From contig CAWBHS010000009.1 of assembly GCA_963788655.1 (NCBI GenBank), positions 42,115-106,114 on the forward strand: a stretch of 64,000 nucleotides of DNA. Direction: 5' to 3'. This document shows, piece after piece, positions 10,713-24,753 of this stretch (its first letter is position 1; the number at the start of each line of letters is the position of its first letter). Source of the stretch: an uncultured Verrucomicrobiae bacterium (GTDB lineage: Bacteria > Verrucomicrobiota > Verrucomicrobiia > Limisphaerales > JAFGQR01). Made by a program: the position numbers and the translations under genes. The notes below the pieces were generated by a model, which worked only from the letters and a program-made list of their open reading frames with translations, was not told the origin of the DNA and did no database searches.

Positions 10713-13700
10713 ATGAACCCACGTTTGAGCCATAATTTTTTGGCAGACGCGCTACGTCGCCATTGCAGTGCTAGGATTCTTATGAAACAACAGATTCGTA
10801 TTCTCGGAGTTATTTTCCCGGCCATAAGGCTGCGGCGCGGCTGGACGGTGGCGTGTCTGGTCGGAATGCTTTCTTTGGTGGGCCAAGTCTGGTCAGCCAG
10901 CGTGGAGCCCGGCACCGGATATACCAACGCCTTCGACGCGCAGCCGCAAGCGGCGGATTGGGCGACGTATAGTGCCGCGGGTTCGGCATCGGACAACTAC
11001 GATGCCGACGAGGACATCAACGCCAATATCACGGCCAGCTTGGTAGTCAGCCCCATCGTGTCTGACCCGGGCGATCCGCCGGAAAAGAATGGCGAGGCGA
11101 TGTGGAGTTCCAGCGGGCTGTACCTGCTCACCCGGCCGACCGGCAACCAGTACACGGTCTTGATGGGCAAATTCGTAAATAACACCAAAACCAATGCCAC
11201 CCAATTCACCATTGCGTACCAACTGACCTTTGCGGGTGACGGTGTGGCCGAGGACAGCGGGCATGGCACAAGGGTGTATTACAGCCGGACCGGCGAAGCG
11301 GGCAGTTGGATCAATGTGCCGTCACTGAACACGACCGAATCAGCCGACGGCACGACACCGGTGAGCGCCAGTGTGAACGTGGATTGGCCGGACGAGGCCA
11401 GTCTGTATGTGGTATGGATGGACGACAATGCTTCGGGTATGGGGGACGACGTGGCCAATGAGATCGACAATTTCTCGTTGCAGGTGACCGGAGGGCACGC
11501 CAGTGGCTTTTGCGTGTTTACTGGACGAGCCGGCGCCGGAGGCGTTCTTCGAGATGGGCACGCCCGTAGTCAAGACCGCCGTGCGCGTCGTGAGCGGCAT
11601 TGCGCCATATACCGTTGAGTATTTCACAAACAGCGGGATTGGCAACGACGTGTTCGTTTCTGCCGGAACCAGCGATACGCCACCATACGAAATTGAATTG
11701 GTGGACCTGGCGGCGGGATAATTACAACTTCTACGCCGTGGCCACCGACAGCGCGGAGCCGCCCGCCACCACCATTTCCGCAACGAATAGTTTTTGAGTG
11801 GCCGATCCGTTGGCCTTACGCTGGTGGCGCCGGAGCCGGATGCTTCGTTTGACCACAGCGAGGTCAGGTGCCAGGAACGGTTACGGTGTCTGGCGGATAG
11901 CCGCCATACAGCGTGCAGTTTTTGTTGGACGGCATGGCGGATGGCGAGCCGGTTGCCGGAAGCGCCTTACGAACACGGCTTCGGACCGCTGTTTGTCGGC
12001 GATCATACGGTTCAGGCCACAGTCCCGATACGTTGGGTTGGGGGAGCGGTTCAGTGATGCTACACCCTTCACATTACCGGGCCATTGGCGGCGATCCTGT
12101 CGCCGGAGGACGGTGTCACGTACAATTACGGCGAGGAAGTGTTGCTCAGTGCTTTTATCGGTGGGGGCACGGCGCCTTATACCGCGACATTCTACACCAA
12201 TGACCAACCGGTCGGCACCCTGGATGCGCCGCCTTTCGCGACGAATCTGGGTATTTTGGCGGCGGGCAGTTACACCAGCTACCTGCATGCGACGGACAGT
12301 TCGCTGCCGGATGCCCAGCAAGCCGATTCACGACCACGAATATCATCACCATCCGCCTAATCCCCTGGTGGCGACGTTGACCAGTCCGAACCACGGACAG
12401 AACATCGCCACCAATGCCGGATTTATCGCCCGGGTCACCGTCACCTTAGCCCCCCCGGTGACGGTGAGGGGCGTGGAGTTTTTCCTGGATGACCAGTCGT
12501 TGGGAATGGTCAGCGAGGCGCCTTACTTGGTGGACGTGCCCAGCCTCACGTTGGGTAGCCACACGGTTTACGCCGTGGCGAGCGACAGTTTGGACCGGAC
12601 CAGCTTCACGACGACGAACGAAGTAACAGGCGTTTACGATCCGTTGGCGAATGACAACTTTGCCAATCGCATTACGCTGGTCGGTCCCGTGGCCAGCGCC
12701 GCCGGTTCCAACGTCGGCGCCTACGACCGAAAGCCGCGAGCCTACGGGCAGCTTCTTTGAAGGGCTACGGCGCGACGCTTTGGTGGACTTGGACGGCGCC
12801 CATTAGTGGAACAGTCACCATCGACACGTTTGGCAGCAGCTTTGATACATCCTTGGGCGTCTATACCGGCGACAACGTTCGCAATTTGCGTCAGGTGGCA
12901 TATAACAACAATGCTGCTGGAGAAAATAACGTGAGCCAGGTGACATTCAGTGTGCAAGAGGGAGTCGAATATCAAATCCAAGTCGGCGGTATTCGCGGCT
13001 TTGGGTGGCCCAATCAGCCGCCGCCGGCCACTGGCACGATCCTGTTGCACTTGGAAATGCCGCCGTCCGTCACGCTGACCGAACCGACTAACAACGGCGT
13101 TTTTATGACGGGGCAGTGAAGGTGATCCTGAGCTTGCGACTGCCAGTTCGCCCCACGCGCCGGTCGACGAAGGTCGATTTCTACAGCGACGACCTGTTCC
13201 TGGGGACGGCGAGCAAGGAACCATATAGCGTAACAGTGAACAATCTTCCGCCCGGCACCAACCAATTGTATGCGGTCGTTACCGATGGCATCGGCCTGAC
13301 AGCGTCTTCCCCAACCGTCAACGTGGCGGTGTTCAACCTGGGCATGACCGTGGTGTCGCCCGCAGACGGGGCGATTCTGAATGCCAATCCGACGACCATT
13401 CGGGCGGTGGCGGTGCTGCCTTCAGGCACCATGACGAAGGTCGAGTTTCTGGTGGATGGCGAAACGGTCGGTGAGGATGAAACCGAACCGTATAGCATCG
13501 TGTGGAGCAGCGTGACTCCGGGCTTGCACCGGCTCAGCGCGCGCGGCACCGATGAATTGGGCAACACGTACTTATCCACTCTGGTTTGGGTGGCCGTCGC
13601 GGAGCCGCTGGTGCCGAACGGGTCTGTCTGGAAGTATCTTGACGACGGTTCCGACCAGGGCACCAACTGGATTACCGCGGACTTTGACGACGGCGAATGG

Positions 13701-16700
13701 AGCACCGGCCCGGCCGAATTGGGTTACGGCGACGGCGACGAAGCCACCGTGGTTAGTTACGGACCGGACGAGAACAACAAATACATTACCACCTATTTCC
13801 GCCGGGCGTTTGTGGTGGATAATCCGGCCACCTTTGCCAGTTTGACTCTCTCGCTGGAACGCGATGACGGCGGCGTGGTGTACCTCAATGGCAAGGAGGT
13901 TTTCCGCACCGACAATTTGCCGGCCGCCCCCGAGGTGATCACTTTTACCAATCTCACCAGCGGCTTTGGGATCGAAGACACCGTGGACGTGTTCAACTTG
14001 AACGTGGCCGACCTGGTGGCCGGAACCAACGTGCTGGCGGTCGAGATTCATCAGGAATCGGGAACCAGTTCCGATATCAGTTTCAATCTCCAGTTGGTGG
14101 GCATCCCCGAGATCATCCGCAACCAACTGCCGGTCATTCATTTCTTGAACGTGGCCGATGGCGACTGGTTCTTCACGCCGGCGCAGGTCGTTTTGGACGT
14201 GGAAGCGTCCGATCCCGATGGCACGATTACCAACCTGGCCCTGTTCCAAGGGAACACCCTGCTGGCCGAATCCACCGAAAGCCCACTGGCGTTCCGCGTG
14301 AACGAGTTGCCGCCGGGCATTTTCCACTTCAGCGCCATGGCCAGTGATAACGGCGGGGCGATCAACACCCGCCGGATTGAGGTGACGGTCTATGAGCGCA
14401 GCCAGGAATGGGTTGCCTACAACGATCATTACGCCGGGCCTAACACCCATCCCTACGCCACCGCGTGGAACGCCTTTGGCACCGCCGACGGCGCGCCGGG
14501 CGACGAAGGCATGCTGCGGAACATTGCCAATGGTCACCCGGTGCCGGCCTTCTTGAATATCTTCGCGCTGGGGACCATGGGTGACAGCCTCAGTGGGGCA
14601 CCGCCGCCGGGCACGCCTGCCTATGAGACGTTCAACGGGTTTGTTGACTTCGGGTCGGGTGAGGTCAATCACGCCATTGTGCTGAGCCGCGACTCCGTGG
14701 TGTTCCATTTCTTCTCGGGTCTCGATCCCGACCGGCGCTACAACTTCCGGGGCACGGCTGTGGGTGGCGTGCCTGATTTCAAGAACCGCTGGACGCTGTT
14801 CACGATTGTGGGCGCGCGGGCCTTCACGCCGGCGCACACGGACAACGTGTTAACCAGCGAAACCAGTCCCGGCGCCTTGTATCCGGATGAAGCCGCCATG
14901 AACACGGGCGACAATTCCACCGGCGATATGGTGGGGTGGGACAATATTGCCCCCGGTGAGGATGGCACGTTTACGATCGTGTCCACGTTGTATCAAGGGC
15001 CGGCACCGGGAAATGATCCCCCCGGGCCTTACGCGTATGCGCCGGTGGCGGTGCGCGTGGAAGAAGTGGGCGCCGTGCCCTACGTGGTGCTGACCGAGCC
15101 GACGGGCTACGACTATTACGGCTTTACCGATCTTGATCTGGCCGCCACGGCCAGTGCGGTCGAAGGGATTACGAACGTGCTGTTCCTGGCGAACGGCACC
15201 GTGATTGGCAGCGATGCCACGGCGCCATATCGCATGGTCTGGCCGGACGCGACGTTCGGGGAATTGGCGCTGACCGCCCTGGCGATGGACGCCTCGGGCC
15301 AACGGGCCACCTCGGCGGTGGTCCACGTCGTCATCAATCCGCCGCCAACCAACACAATTGCGCCGGTCATTGCCGCAGTCGATCCCGAGCGCGGGGCCGC
15401 GCTCACCGAGTTGACGACCATAGAAGTCACTTTCAGCGAAGACGTGTACGGTGTGGCGGCGGCGGACTTGCTGATCAATGGCACGCCGGCCACTGCCGTT
15501 AGCGGATCCGGCTCCAATTACTTGTTCACTGTGACTGCGCCGGCCTACGGGAATGTGCGGATCACCTGGTCGCCCCTGCACGGGATCGTTGACAAAGGCT
15601 ATCCGACGGCGTTGCCCTTTGATCACACCGGACCGGGCGCGCGTTGGAACTATGCCATGTTGGATCGGGTGGCGCCCACCGTGGCCGTCCTGGATCCACC
15701 CCTTGGGGCCAGCCTGACGAATCTCACCCAGATCACCATCGTGTTTAGCGAACCGGTGACGGGCGTGGATGCATCTGACCTGCTGGTGCGCAATGCCCCG
15801 GCAACGGCCGTGGCCGGTTCGGGCACCACCTACACCTTTGTCTTCCCCCCGCAGGTTTACGGGCTGACGATTGTGCGATGGGCGGGCAACCACGGGATTA
15901 CCGACCTGGCGACGCCGGCCAATGCCTATGTGGCGTCGCCGCCGACGTGGACGTATGTCGTCAATGCGAATTCGGTGTTGGTGCAGACCAACAGTGATTG
16001 GCGCCTGATGCGGGGCGTTGCCGAGGCCTCCGATCCCATGGGGGCATGGCGCCAGTTCGGTTTTGATGATTCGAGTTGGGAATATCTGCAAGCCCCGATG
16101 TTCTATGGCGATCCTTACGAAACGTACAACGAGGCAGGCACGTTGCTGGGCGACATGCGCGGCCATTACTCGAGCATTTTCCTGCGCAAGGAATTCCAGG
16201 TCACGAAAGCGTTAAGCCTGACTAACATGCTGCTCAAAGCGCAGAGCGACGACGCGTTCATCGCCTGGATCAATGGGGTCGAAGTCTATCGCTCCAATGT
16301 CAGTTTGGGCGACTTGCCACACGATGCCACGGCGTCTTCCGAAGTGGCCGAAACGGCGGCCAACGGCGTGCCGACGGTCATCTACACGCTGCCGGATCCG
16401 TTTGGTTATATGCGCGAAGGCACGAACGTGCTGGCCATCCAGGCGTTCAACTATGGGGCGACCAACGACGACTTCAATTTTGACGCCCAACTATACTGCT
16501 ATCGGTACAGTCCAAGTCTGGTCACGCCGGGAGTCATTCGGGTCAGCCCGCCGGCGAGCAGCCTGTTCGCCTTGACCAATATCACGGTGACGTTCAACGA
16601 ATCCGTCAGCGGTGTGGACGCGGCCGATCTTCTGGTGAACGGCGTGCCGGCTGCATCAGTCATCGGTGGCGCCAGTAACGACGTTTACACCTTCAGCTTC

Positions 16701-19700
16701 CCGCAGCCGACGTTTGGCGCGGTGGCCATTACCTGGGCGGCCAATCACGGCATTGCTGATTTCGATGCCTCACCACGGGCGTTCAGCGGCACCACCGGGA
16801 GCGCCACTTGGCAGTATAACTTGCTCAATCCGAGCGCGCCGATTGTAACGACGCAAGTGCCGGCCGCGGGGACGACGGTCAGCAGCCTGACCGAGATCAC
16901 GGTGACCTTCAACGAGCCGGTGATGGGGGTGCAAGCGGAGGACTTGCGAATCAACGGCGTGCCGGCCGGCGCCGTGAGTGGCGACGGCGCCACCTACACG
17001 TTCACCTTCGCCCCGCCAGCCTACGGTGCGGTCTTTGTGACCTGGTCTTCCACCCACACCATCACCGACACCGAAAACCCGCCGGTACCGTTCACCTCGT
17101 CCGCCCCGGGTTCGACGTGGTCCTACACGTATTTGGATCAGATCCCGCCGGCCGTGGCGGCGCAGATGCCAACCACCAACGAAGTGGCGGCGAGCTTTAC
17201 CCAAGTAACGGTGACTTTCACCGAGGCAGTGCGCGGAGTGGATGCCAGTGATCTGCTCATCAATGGTGTGCCGGCGACGGACATCAGTGGCAATGGGGCG
17301 GTCTATACCTTTAGTTTTCCGCAGCCCAATGCCTCGGTGGCCGTGATCACCTGGGCGGTTGGCCACGGCATTTATGACCAGGCGTTCCCGATCAACAATG
17401 CCTTTGACGCCACCGTGTCCAGCTCGACGTGGGCCTATCAGATCCACGACAACATTCCGCCGGAATTAGTGAGCGTGAACCCGCTGCCTGATGCGACGGT
17501 GCGGGGCTTGACGCAAATTATTGTGACGTTCAATGAAACCGTGGAGGGCGTGGATGCCACGGACTTGTTGCTCAACGGCACGCCGGCCAGCAGCGTCAGC
17601 GGTATGGACACGGATTATACGTTCCACTTTGATCAGCCCGAGCCAGGGCTGGTGCAGGTATCTTGGGCGGACCATCATGAAATCCAAGATCTGGCCTCGC
17701 CGCCCAATCCGCTGGTGGCGGAGGGGTGGACGTACCTGTTGGATACCAACGCCCCGCCGCCCACCATCACGCGCGGGCCCTATCTGCAAATTCAGACCGC
17801 CAGCAGCATTATCGTGCGCTGGCGCACGGCGGTGGCCACGGACAGCGGCGTGCGGTATGGACCGGATCCCTACAGCCGCACCAACGCGGTGAATGACTTC
17901 GCATTGACGACCGAACACATCGTCACCGTTACCAACCTGCCGGCGGACACCAAGTTCTATTACGCCATCGGCACGACGGATGGGGCAATGTTGGCGGATA
18001 CGAACTACTTCTTCCGCACTGCGCCGATTCCGGGAATCAGCCGGCCGACGCGCATCTGGTTCATCAGCGACTACGGCTTCCGAAACACGGGTGAACGCCA
18101 GGTGCGGGATTCCTATTTCAATTACGTGGCGCCGGAGAAGCCGGCCGACGTGTGGATTACCGGTGGTGATAACGATCAGACCGACGGCTCGGATAGCCAT
18201 TATTCGGATTCGGTATTTGGAACGACATACGCGTATGGCGACCTGCTGGCGCACCAAGTGATTTGGCCGACGATCGGCAACCACGATTACCAGAGCTCGC
18301 AAGGGCAGTATTACTACGCCAACTTTAGCCTGCCCGCCAATGGCGAGGCGGGCGGGGTGGCCTCCGGCACGGAGCATTACTACTCGTATGACTACAACGA
18401 CATTCACTTCGTCAGTCTCGACTCGATTGACGGCACCCTGTCACGCTCATCGGAAACCCCGATGATCGACTGGTTGCGGGAAGATTTGGCGGCTACCACG
18501 CAACGCTGGATTATTGCCTACTGGCACGGTCCGGCGTACACCAAGGGCAGTCACGATTCGGACAGCACCACCGATACCCTGGCGTGGATGACGCAGATGC
18601 GGGAGAACGTCGTGCCCGTGCTGGAATCCAATGGCGTGGATCTGGTGCTGTGCGGCCACTCGCACGTTTATGAGCGGTCCTGGTTGCTCCAAGGCCATTA
18701 TGGACTGTCCACCACTTTCAGCGAAACCAACAAAGTCGATGGCGGCGACGGCAAAGTGGAAGGCGACGGCGCGTACCTCAAACCGGACGGCACCGGCACC
18801 GTGTACGTGACCGCCGCGTTGGGCGGTGATCCGCAAAACCACACCACGGCGCAGCACCCGGCGCACCGGTTGAAGGTGACCGATGTTTTGGGTTCGTTAG
18901 TGATCGACGTGAACAGCAACCGGCTGGACCTGCAATGGCTCAATACCAGTGGCGTGACGCAGGATCATTTCACCATCGACAAAACGCCGCATGCCGCACC
19001 GCCGTCCGCTCCGAGTGGCCTGACGGGCACCAAGACGGGTTCGAGTGTCGCGCTCGCGTGGCAGAACACCCCGACCAACGAAATGGGCTTCAAGGTCGAA
19101 CGCGGCACCGATGCGCTGAACTTCAGCGAGATCGCCGAAGTGGGCGCGAACCTTACCAAGTACACCGATGCCAGCGTGCCGGCCGGGACCACGTGGTTCT
19201 ACCGGGTGCTGGCTTGGAATGATGCGGGCTCTTCCCCCTATCCGCCGATCATAACTGTGGGAGCCGCCGCTGCACCCATATTGGCCGAACAACCGCAGAG
19301 CCAGACCAACGTTATCGGCAGCACCGCCAGCTTCACCGTGGCGGTTGCAGGCACTGCCCCGCTCAGTTACCAATGGCGGTTTAATGGCGAATTGCTGGCG
19401 GATGCCACTAACGCCACACTTGTATTGGCCGATGTGCAACCAGCTCACGCTGGAGAATATACCGTGCGGATAACGAACGCCCAGGGCCTGGCCGACAGTG
19501 ATGTGGCGACGTTGACGGTCGTCGAGGCGCCGCTGGGTGATGCGCCGGTCATCACCGCGGCGCCTCAGAACCAGGCGGTGCCCTTGGGCGGCAATGTCAC
19601 CTTCCACGTAGTCGCGGAGGGCACTCCCCCGATGACGTGCCAATGGTTTGAGGATGGCGTGTTGCTGCCCGGTGAAACGTCCACCAGCCTGACCCTGCTC

Positions 19701-20033
19701 AGCGTGCAGGCCGATGTCGCCGGTCGCGAGTATGCCGCCGTGGTCTCTAACCTCTATGGGAAAGCCACCAGCGCACCACCCGCCAAGTTGACGGTGGTGT
19801 TACCGCCGGCCATTGATCCGCCGGTCATCACCGGTGACGGCACCTCGTTCACCTTCACCGTGCCGGGTGCTGCCGGAGTGAACCAGATCGTGGAATACAA
19901 GGATCAGTTGGGCGACCAGACTCCGTGGCAGATGTGGACAAATTTTAATTCGGCGGAGTCGCTGACGATCACGGTACCGATTGATCCGGAACAGCCGGGG
20001 CGCTTCTACCGCGTGCGGGTTTCCGTTCCGTAG
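10713..20033 (+). CDS. Giant secreted multidomain metallophosphoesterase (Ig-like repeats, lectin-like modules, purple acid phosphatase-type catalytic domain, FN3, two Ig I-set domains); 5' quarter has several frameshifts
   Basis: Signal-like N terminus in ORF 10713; Ig-like fragments in alternating frames 11500-13120; ORF 13116-20033 has five TVTFxExVxGVDAxDLLxNG repeats, RGPYLQ, SDYG, GDND, GNHD and GHSH motifs, and ends in RFYRVRV. Confidence 0.85.
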
Positions 20034-20307
20034 CGCGGCGGCCACAAAGCCTTGCCATGTTTGGTGACGGCGCCGGCAGCGGAGCGTGGACATCCCCGCC
20101 CGCTACCGGCGCCCACTTTTTCGATACGGACAAGCAAGACCATCACGGACCGAGAATCTGGGGTGATCGAGCTTGTTGAATCGCAGTGGCGTTTCGGGAG
20201 TGCGCCGCATCCTTGCTGATGCCCACTTGACGGCTCTGCCGCACCGCGGCTACGCCCGGGGCTCCACCACAAGTGAATGCCGGAGTATCCCCGCGCATCC
20301 AATAGCA

Positions 20308-22493
20308 ATGCAATCGTTTACCTTTGGTCTGACTTGTGCCTGCCTGACCGCGGCTTCCTTGTTCGCGGCGGGGCCCATTCCTCCGTTTCCGCCCGATCCC
20401 CAACAGGCGCTTGAACGCACCTGTTTTCAAACCGGCCAGGGCTGGAGCGAAATGGGGAATTTGCGCTCGGACGTGGCCATCGTTTACGGCATCGATGCCC
20501 GCCTGCCGCAACGCATCCAAACCTGGCGCGATCGCGGGTATCGCATCCACGTGATGACCGGCGTCTCGTGGGGACAATACCAGGATTATCTCTACGGCCG
20601 CTTCGATGGCGTGAACCATGAGGACGAGGCGCAAACCGAGCGGTCCGGGAACAAGGTCAGTCACGGCGGCGACGTGTATTACATGTGTCCGGGCGACGAA
20701 TTTCGGGAAGTTCCTGTGCGTGGGGGTGCAACGCGCGCTCGACGCCGGCGCCGAGGCGATTCATCTCGAGGAACCGGAGTTCTGGGTGCGCAGCGGTTAT
20801 TCCGAAGGCTTCAAACGCGAGTGGAAGAAATATTACGGCGAAGCCTGGCAGCCGCCGCACAGATCGGTCGATGCCCAATGGCGCGCTTCGAAATTGAAGT
20901 ATTATCTCTACCGGCGCGCGCTGCAGCAGGTGTTTGATTACGTGCAGGCGTACAACCAAACGACCGGCCGCAAGGTCCATTGTTACGTGCCCACCCACAG
21001 TCTGCTGAACTACGCGCATTGGCGGATCGTCAGCCCGGAGTCGAGTCTCGCACGGCTGAAGGGTTGCGACGGCTACATCGCGCAAGTATGGACCGGCACC
21101 TCGCGCACGCCGAACCGTGTATCGCGGCGAATTACGCGAACGCACGTTCGAGACGGCCTTCCTCGAATACGGCGCCATGCAAAACCTCGTTCGCTCCACG
21201 GGCCGCACCGTCTGGTATTTGAACGATCCGGTCGAGGACAATCCCAACCACGACTGGGAACGACTACCGGGTGAACTGGGAGTCCACCATGACGGCGTCG
21301 TTGCTGCAACCGGAAGTCTGGCGATACGAAGTGGCGCCCTGGCCCGAACGCGTTTTTGGCGGCCGTTATCCCAAACGCGGCCAGCGCCGATGAGCGCGAG
21401 CCTATGCCGCCCGCCTACGCCACGGAAGTGCAGACGGTGATCAACGCGCTCAACGACATGAACCAGATCGCGCGTCGAATGGGACTGCGGCACGGAGGGC
21501 ATCGGGGTGTTGGTCAGCGATTCGCTGATGTTCGAACGCGGTGAACCCACCCCCAGCGATCCGCACTTGAGCCAGATTTACGGATTGGCGTTGCCGTTCC
21601 TGAAGCGCGGCATGCCGATCACGCCGGTGCAATTGGAGAACGTGACCGTGGCCAATTATCTGCGCGGTTTTAAACTGCTCCTGTTGACCTATCACGGCAT
21701 GAAGCCGCTCAGCCCGGACGTTCATGCCGCGCTGGCGGAATGGGTCAAGCGCGGCGGGGTGCTGGTGGTGTGCGACGACGACGGCGATCCATACAACCAC
21801 GTTCGCGAATGGTGGAACAGCGATGGACGAAACTATGCCACACCGCGGGAGCATTTGTTTGAGCAACTGGGACTGGCTTCGGACAAATACCCCGCGGCCC
21901 AATTTGCCGCGGGCGTTCCCGTGGGAAAAGGCACGGTCGCTTGGTTGCGCGAAAATCCCGCGCAATTGGCCGGGAGCGCTGACGGGGAAACGCAACTGCT
22001 GCGCACCGTCAAACAAGCGGCCGGCAAAGCTCACTTGAAGTGGCGCGAGACGAATTATCTGCTGTTGCGCCGCGGGCCGTATCTCATTGGGGCCGGATTG
22101 GACGAGTCAATTCCGGGTGAACCGAAGCGGCTGACCGGCCGGTTGGTCAATCTGTTCGACCCGGAACTGCGGGTGCAGGAGTCGATCACTCTGCCGCCCG
22201 GGTCGCGTCGGTTCCTTCTCGATTTGAATGCGGTGGACCACGGTCCAACGTGCGTGCTCGCCTCGGCTTGTAAAGCGTTGCCGGCCAAACATGAAACCGA
22301 CAAGTTTGCGCTGACGGTTGAAGGAGTTGCCCGTACACCCGCAGTGCTTTTACTGCGAGTGCCGAAAGCTCCGAGCACAGTGACGCTGGCCGGGGAGAAA
22401 CTGGATCACTTCAATTACTCGTCCGCCGATGGGCTGTTATGGATTCGTTTTCAGAACGAATCCCGCCCGCGCGAACTGGGGGTTTCCTTCTGA
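20308..22493 (+). CDS. Secreted conserved hypothetical protein, probably glycoside hydrolase-like; several frameshifts
   Basis: Signal peptide MQSFTFGLTCACLTAASLFAAG; protein-like sequence continues across ORFs 20173, 20618, 21117, 21356 and 21507 (IHLEEPEFW, AEWVKRGGVLVV). Confidence 0.7.
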
Positions 22494-22568
22494 ATTCGTC
22501 CGAGACGCCACGACACAACCATTGATGAGGGGAATACGCACCGCCTCAGCCCCGGCGTTTCATTCCAG

Positions 22569-24041
22569 TTACTGCGCCTGGATGGTCACGTTCCGCACGA
22601 ACGGGTTCTGCTTCACCTCCCTGGCGGCCAACGGCTTGCCGTTCACGACGACGTTTTCAAATACCACGTTTTCTACGGTGTGCGTTTCATCGAAGCCCTG
22701 AAGTTCTACGCGCATGGGATTGGCCAGGGCCTCGATGTTTTTGAACCGTACATCATCGATGTGCCCGCGTTCGTTGTCGCGGGTCCAAAAGGCCTTGCCG
22801 ATCCAAAGCGAGATCAGCCGCGGCGATTCTTCGATGCGGAGGTTTTCGAATCGGACGTGGCGGATGCGCGCCGAGTCGCAATGATAAACGCGTAACGTCC
22901 ACTCGCGGCCCTTGTCATGGATCACATCGCAACTCGTGAACAACACGTCCTCGACGTTCTCCCGCAATTCCGCGCCGATGCTCAAGGCGTGCGCTACCTC
23001 GTTCCAGAGGACGCAGTTCTTGGCCACGATACGCCGCGCTTCGCCCTGACCGCGGTCAGTCTTCACCACGATCAAGTCATCCAGCGTGCGCAGGAAGCAA
23101 TCTTCGACGGCCACGTCGCGACTGTTACAGATGTCGATGCCATCCGAATTGGCGCGGTAGCCGAGAATCTTCACATTCTTCACGGTCACCCGATCCGACC
23201 GACGGATGGGAATGTTCCAAGTGCTGGAATCGCGGAGGATCACGCCTTCGAGCGCAATGTCCCGGCCTTGCACGACAATCAGATTTCGCGCGTGCGTTGT
23301 GCAGCGGCTGCCATCGACAATGCCGCGTCCCCGTAAGGTGATGTTCGTTCCCTGCAACACGAACGTCGGCGAATAGGTGCGCAGCCCGCTATAACTGCTG
23401 ATCCGATAGCGTTCGTCCGGCCGGATCACGCCCCGCACCACTGCCCCGCCGGCGACATACACGGTTTGGTCGTTGGTGACGACCAGGTGACTGACCTCAT
23501 GGATGCCCGGCCCGAAATAGATGACGTGCGGATCGCTCGGCGCGGGGACGTTGGTTTCCGGCGGATTGGCGAACATGTGCAAAGCGCTTACCCAGTTGCC
23601 GTTCACTTCGATGGTCAGCGGCCTGGGTTCCGTGAGTTTCAGGGTCATACTTCGGCCTTGGATGGACGGTTTGAGGTTGAAGGAAGTGGGCAGTACTTTG
23701 GCGGTTTGAATGGGTTCGGGACAGGTGACCGTCAGCGTGACCGGACCTTGCATGTCGAAATAAGCGAATGAAGCTGTGGCGAAGTAATCGGCCGAATTGG
23801 CCTTGTCATCCATGGCCTTCCAGCGGCGTGCCCTGTCGGCTGGCGCCACTTTGGCGACATACACCGGCACCGTCTGCCCCTCGGCGGTGACCGTGTAATC
23901 CTGGGACAACGTTTCGCCGTCAGGAGCTGGATAAATGCGGACGGTGCCGGCATCGGCCAGCGGCACAACACAAAACGAGACAGCAAACGAAAACATGGCC
24001 GTGCGCAAGGAAATGACGAGTTTCATGGTGACGATGATCAT
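22569..24041 (-). CDS. Right-handed beta-helix glycoside hydrolase (GH28-like)
   Basis: VIYFGPGIH, LRGRGIVDG, NSDGIDI, LRTLDDLIVVK, beta-helix coils; signal peptide. Confidence 0.88.
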   Translation of the reverse strand: MIIVTMKLVISLRTAMFSFAVSFCVVPLADAGTVRIYPAPDGETLSQDYTVTAEGQTVPVYVAKVAPADRARRWKAMDDKANSADYFATASFAYFDMQGPVTLTVTCPEPIQTAKVLPTSFNLKPSIQGRSMTLKLTEPRPLTIEVNGNWVSALHMFANPPETNVPAPSDPHVIYFGPGIHEVSHLVVTNDQTVYVAGGAVVRGVIRPDERYRISSYSGLRTYSPTFVLQGTNITLRGRGIVDGSRCTTHARNLIVVQGRDIALEGVILRDSSTWNIPIRRSDRVTVKNVKILGYRANSDGIDICNSRDVAVEDCFLRTLDDLIVVKTDRGQGEARRIVAKNCVLWNEVAHALSIGAELRENVEDVLFTSCDVIHDKGREWTLRVYHCDSARIRHVRFENLRIEESPRLISLWIGKAFWTRDNERGHIDDVRFKNIEALANPMRVELQGFDETHTVENVVFENVVVNGKPLAAREVKQNPFVRNVTIQAQ

Positions 24042-24109
24042 GCCATAAGGTCACCCGTTTACAAGGACGACGAAACCGTGGATGCCGTCCGAACGGCGAG
24101 ACTCCCGTT

Positions 24110-24595
24110 CCAACGTGTTTCCGGCGTCCCGCCAGAAGAATCGGATAGCGAATGTGGTTTGAAAGTCCGGAGGACGGACCATCCGAACGGTCCGTTCCAA
24201 ACTGCCGGCAAGATGCCGGCAGCACGCTGGCAACGTGCTTCTGGCGTCTCGCTGGAAGAAACGGATACGCGAACGTGGTTTGAAAGTCCTGGAGGACTGA
24301 CGATTCAAACGGCCCGTTCCAAACTGCCGGCAAGATGCCGGCAGCACGCTGGCAACGTGCTTCCGGCGTCCCGCCGGAAGAAACGGATATGCGAACGTGG
24401 TTTGAAAGTCCTGGAGGGCTGACGATTCAAACGGCCCGTTCCAAACTGCCGGCAAGATGCCGGCAGCACGCTGGCAACGTGCTTCCGGCGTCCCGCCGGA
24501 AGAAACGGATACGCGAACGTGGTTTGAATGTCCTGGAGGGCTGACGATTCAAACGGCCCGTTCCAAACTGCCGGCAAGATGCCGGCAGCACGCTC
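24110..24595. repeat. Tandem array of about four 122-bp units, each an inverted pair of REP-like palindromes
   Basis: CCGTTCCAAACTGCCGGCAAGATGCCGGCAGCACGCT at 24192, 24314, 24436 and 24558 (period 122), alternating with AACGTGCTTCCGGCGTCCCGCCGGAAG. Confidence 0.95.
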
Positions 24596-24753
24596 GCTTC
24601 TCGCCAACAGTTTTAATGATTGCCTCCGACCATCAAAAGTGCTCTACTGAGCGTCACCAAAACCTTTCCTGGCCATTTGATCTGTCTGGTTCCGGCCGTA
24701 TGCGCGTCAAGTTGACGCGGCAGCGCCAAGGATTGGGGAGCGGTTGAGAGCAA

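Noticed and set aside
24110..24595. CRISPR array
   Set aside because: The sequences between palindromes are near-identical rather than unique, the period is 122 bp, and no cas genes are present.
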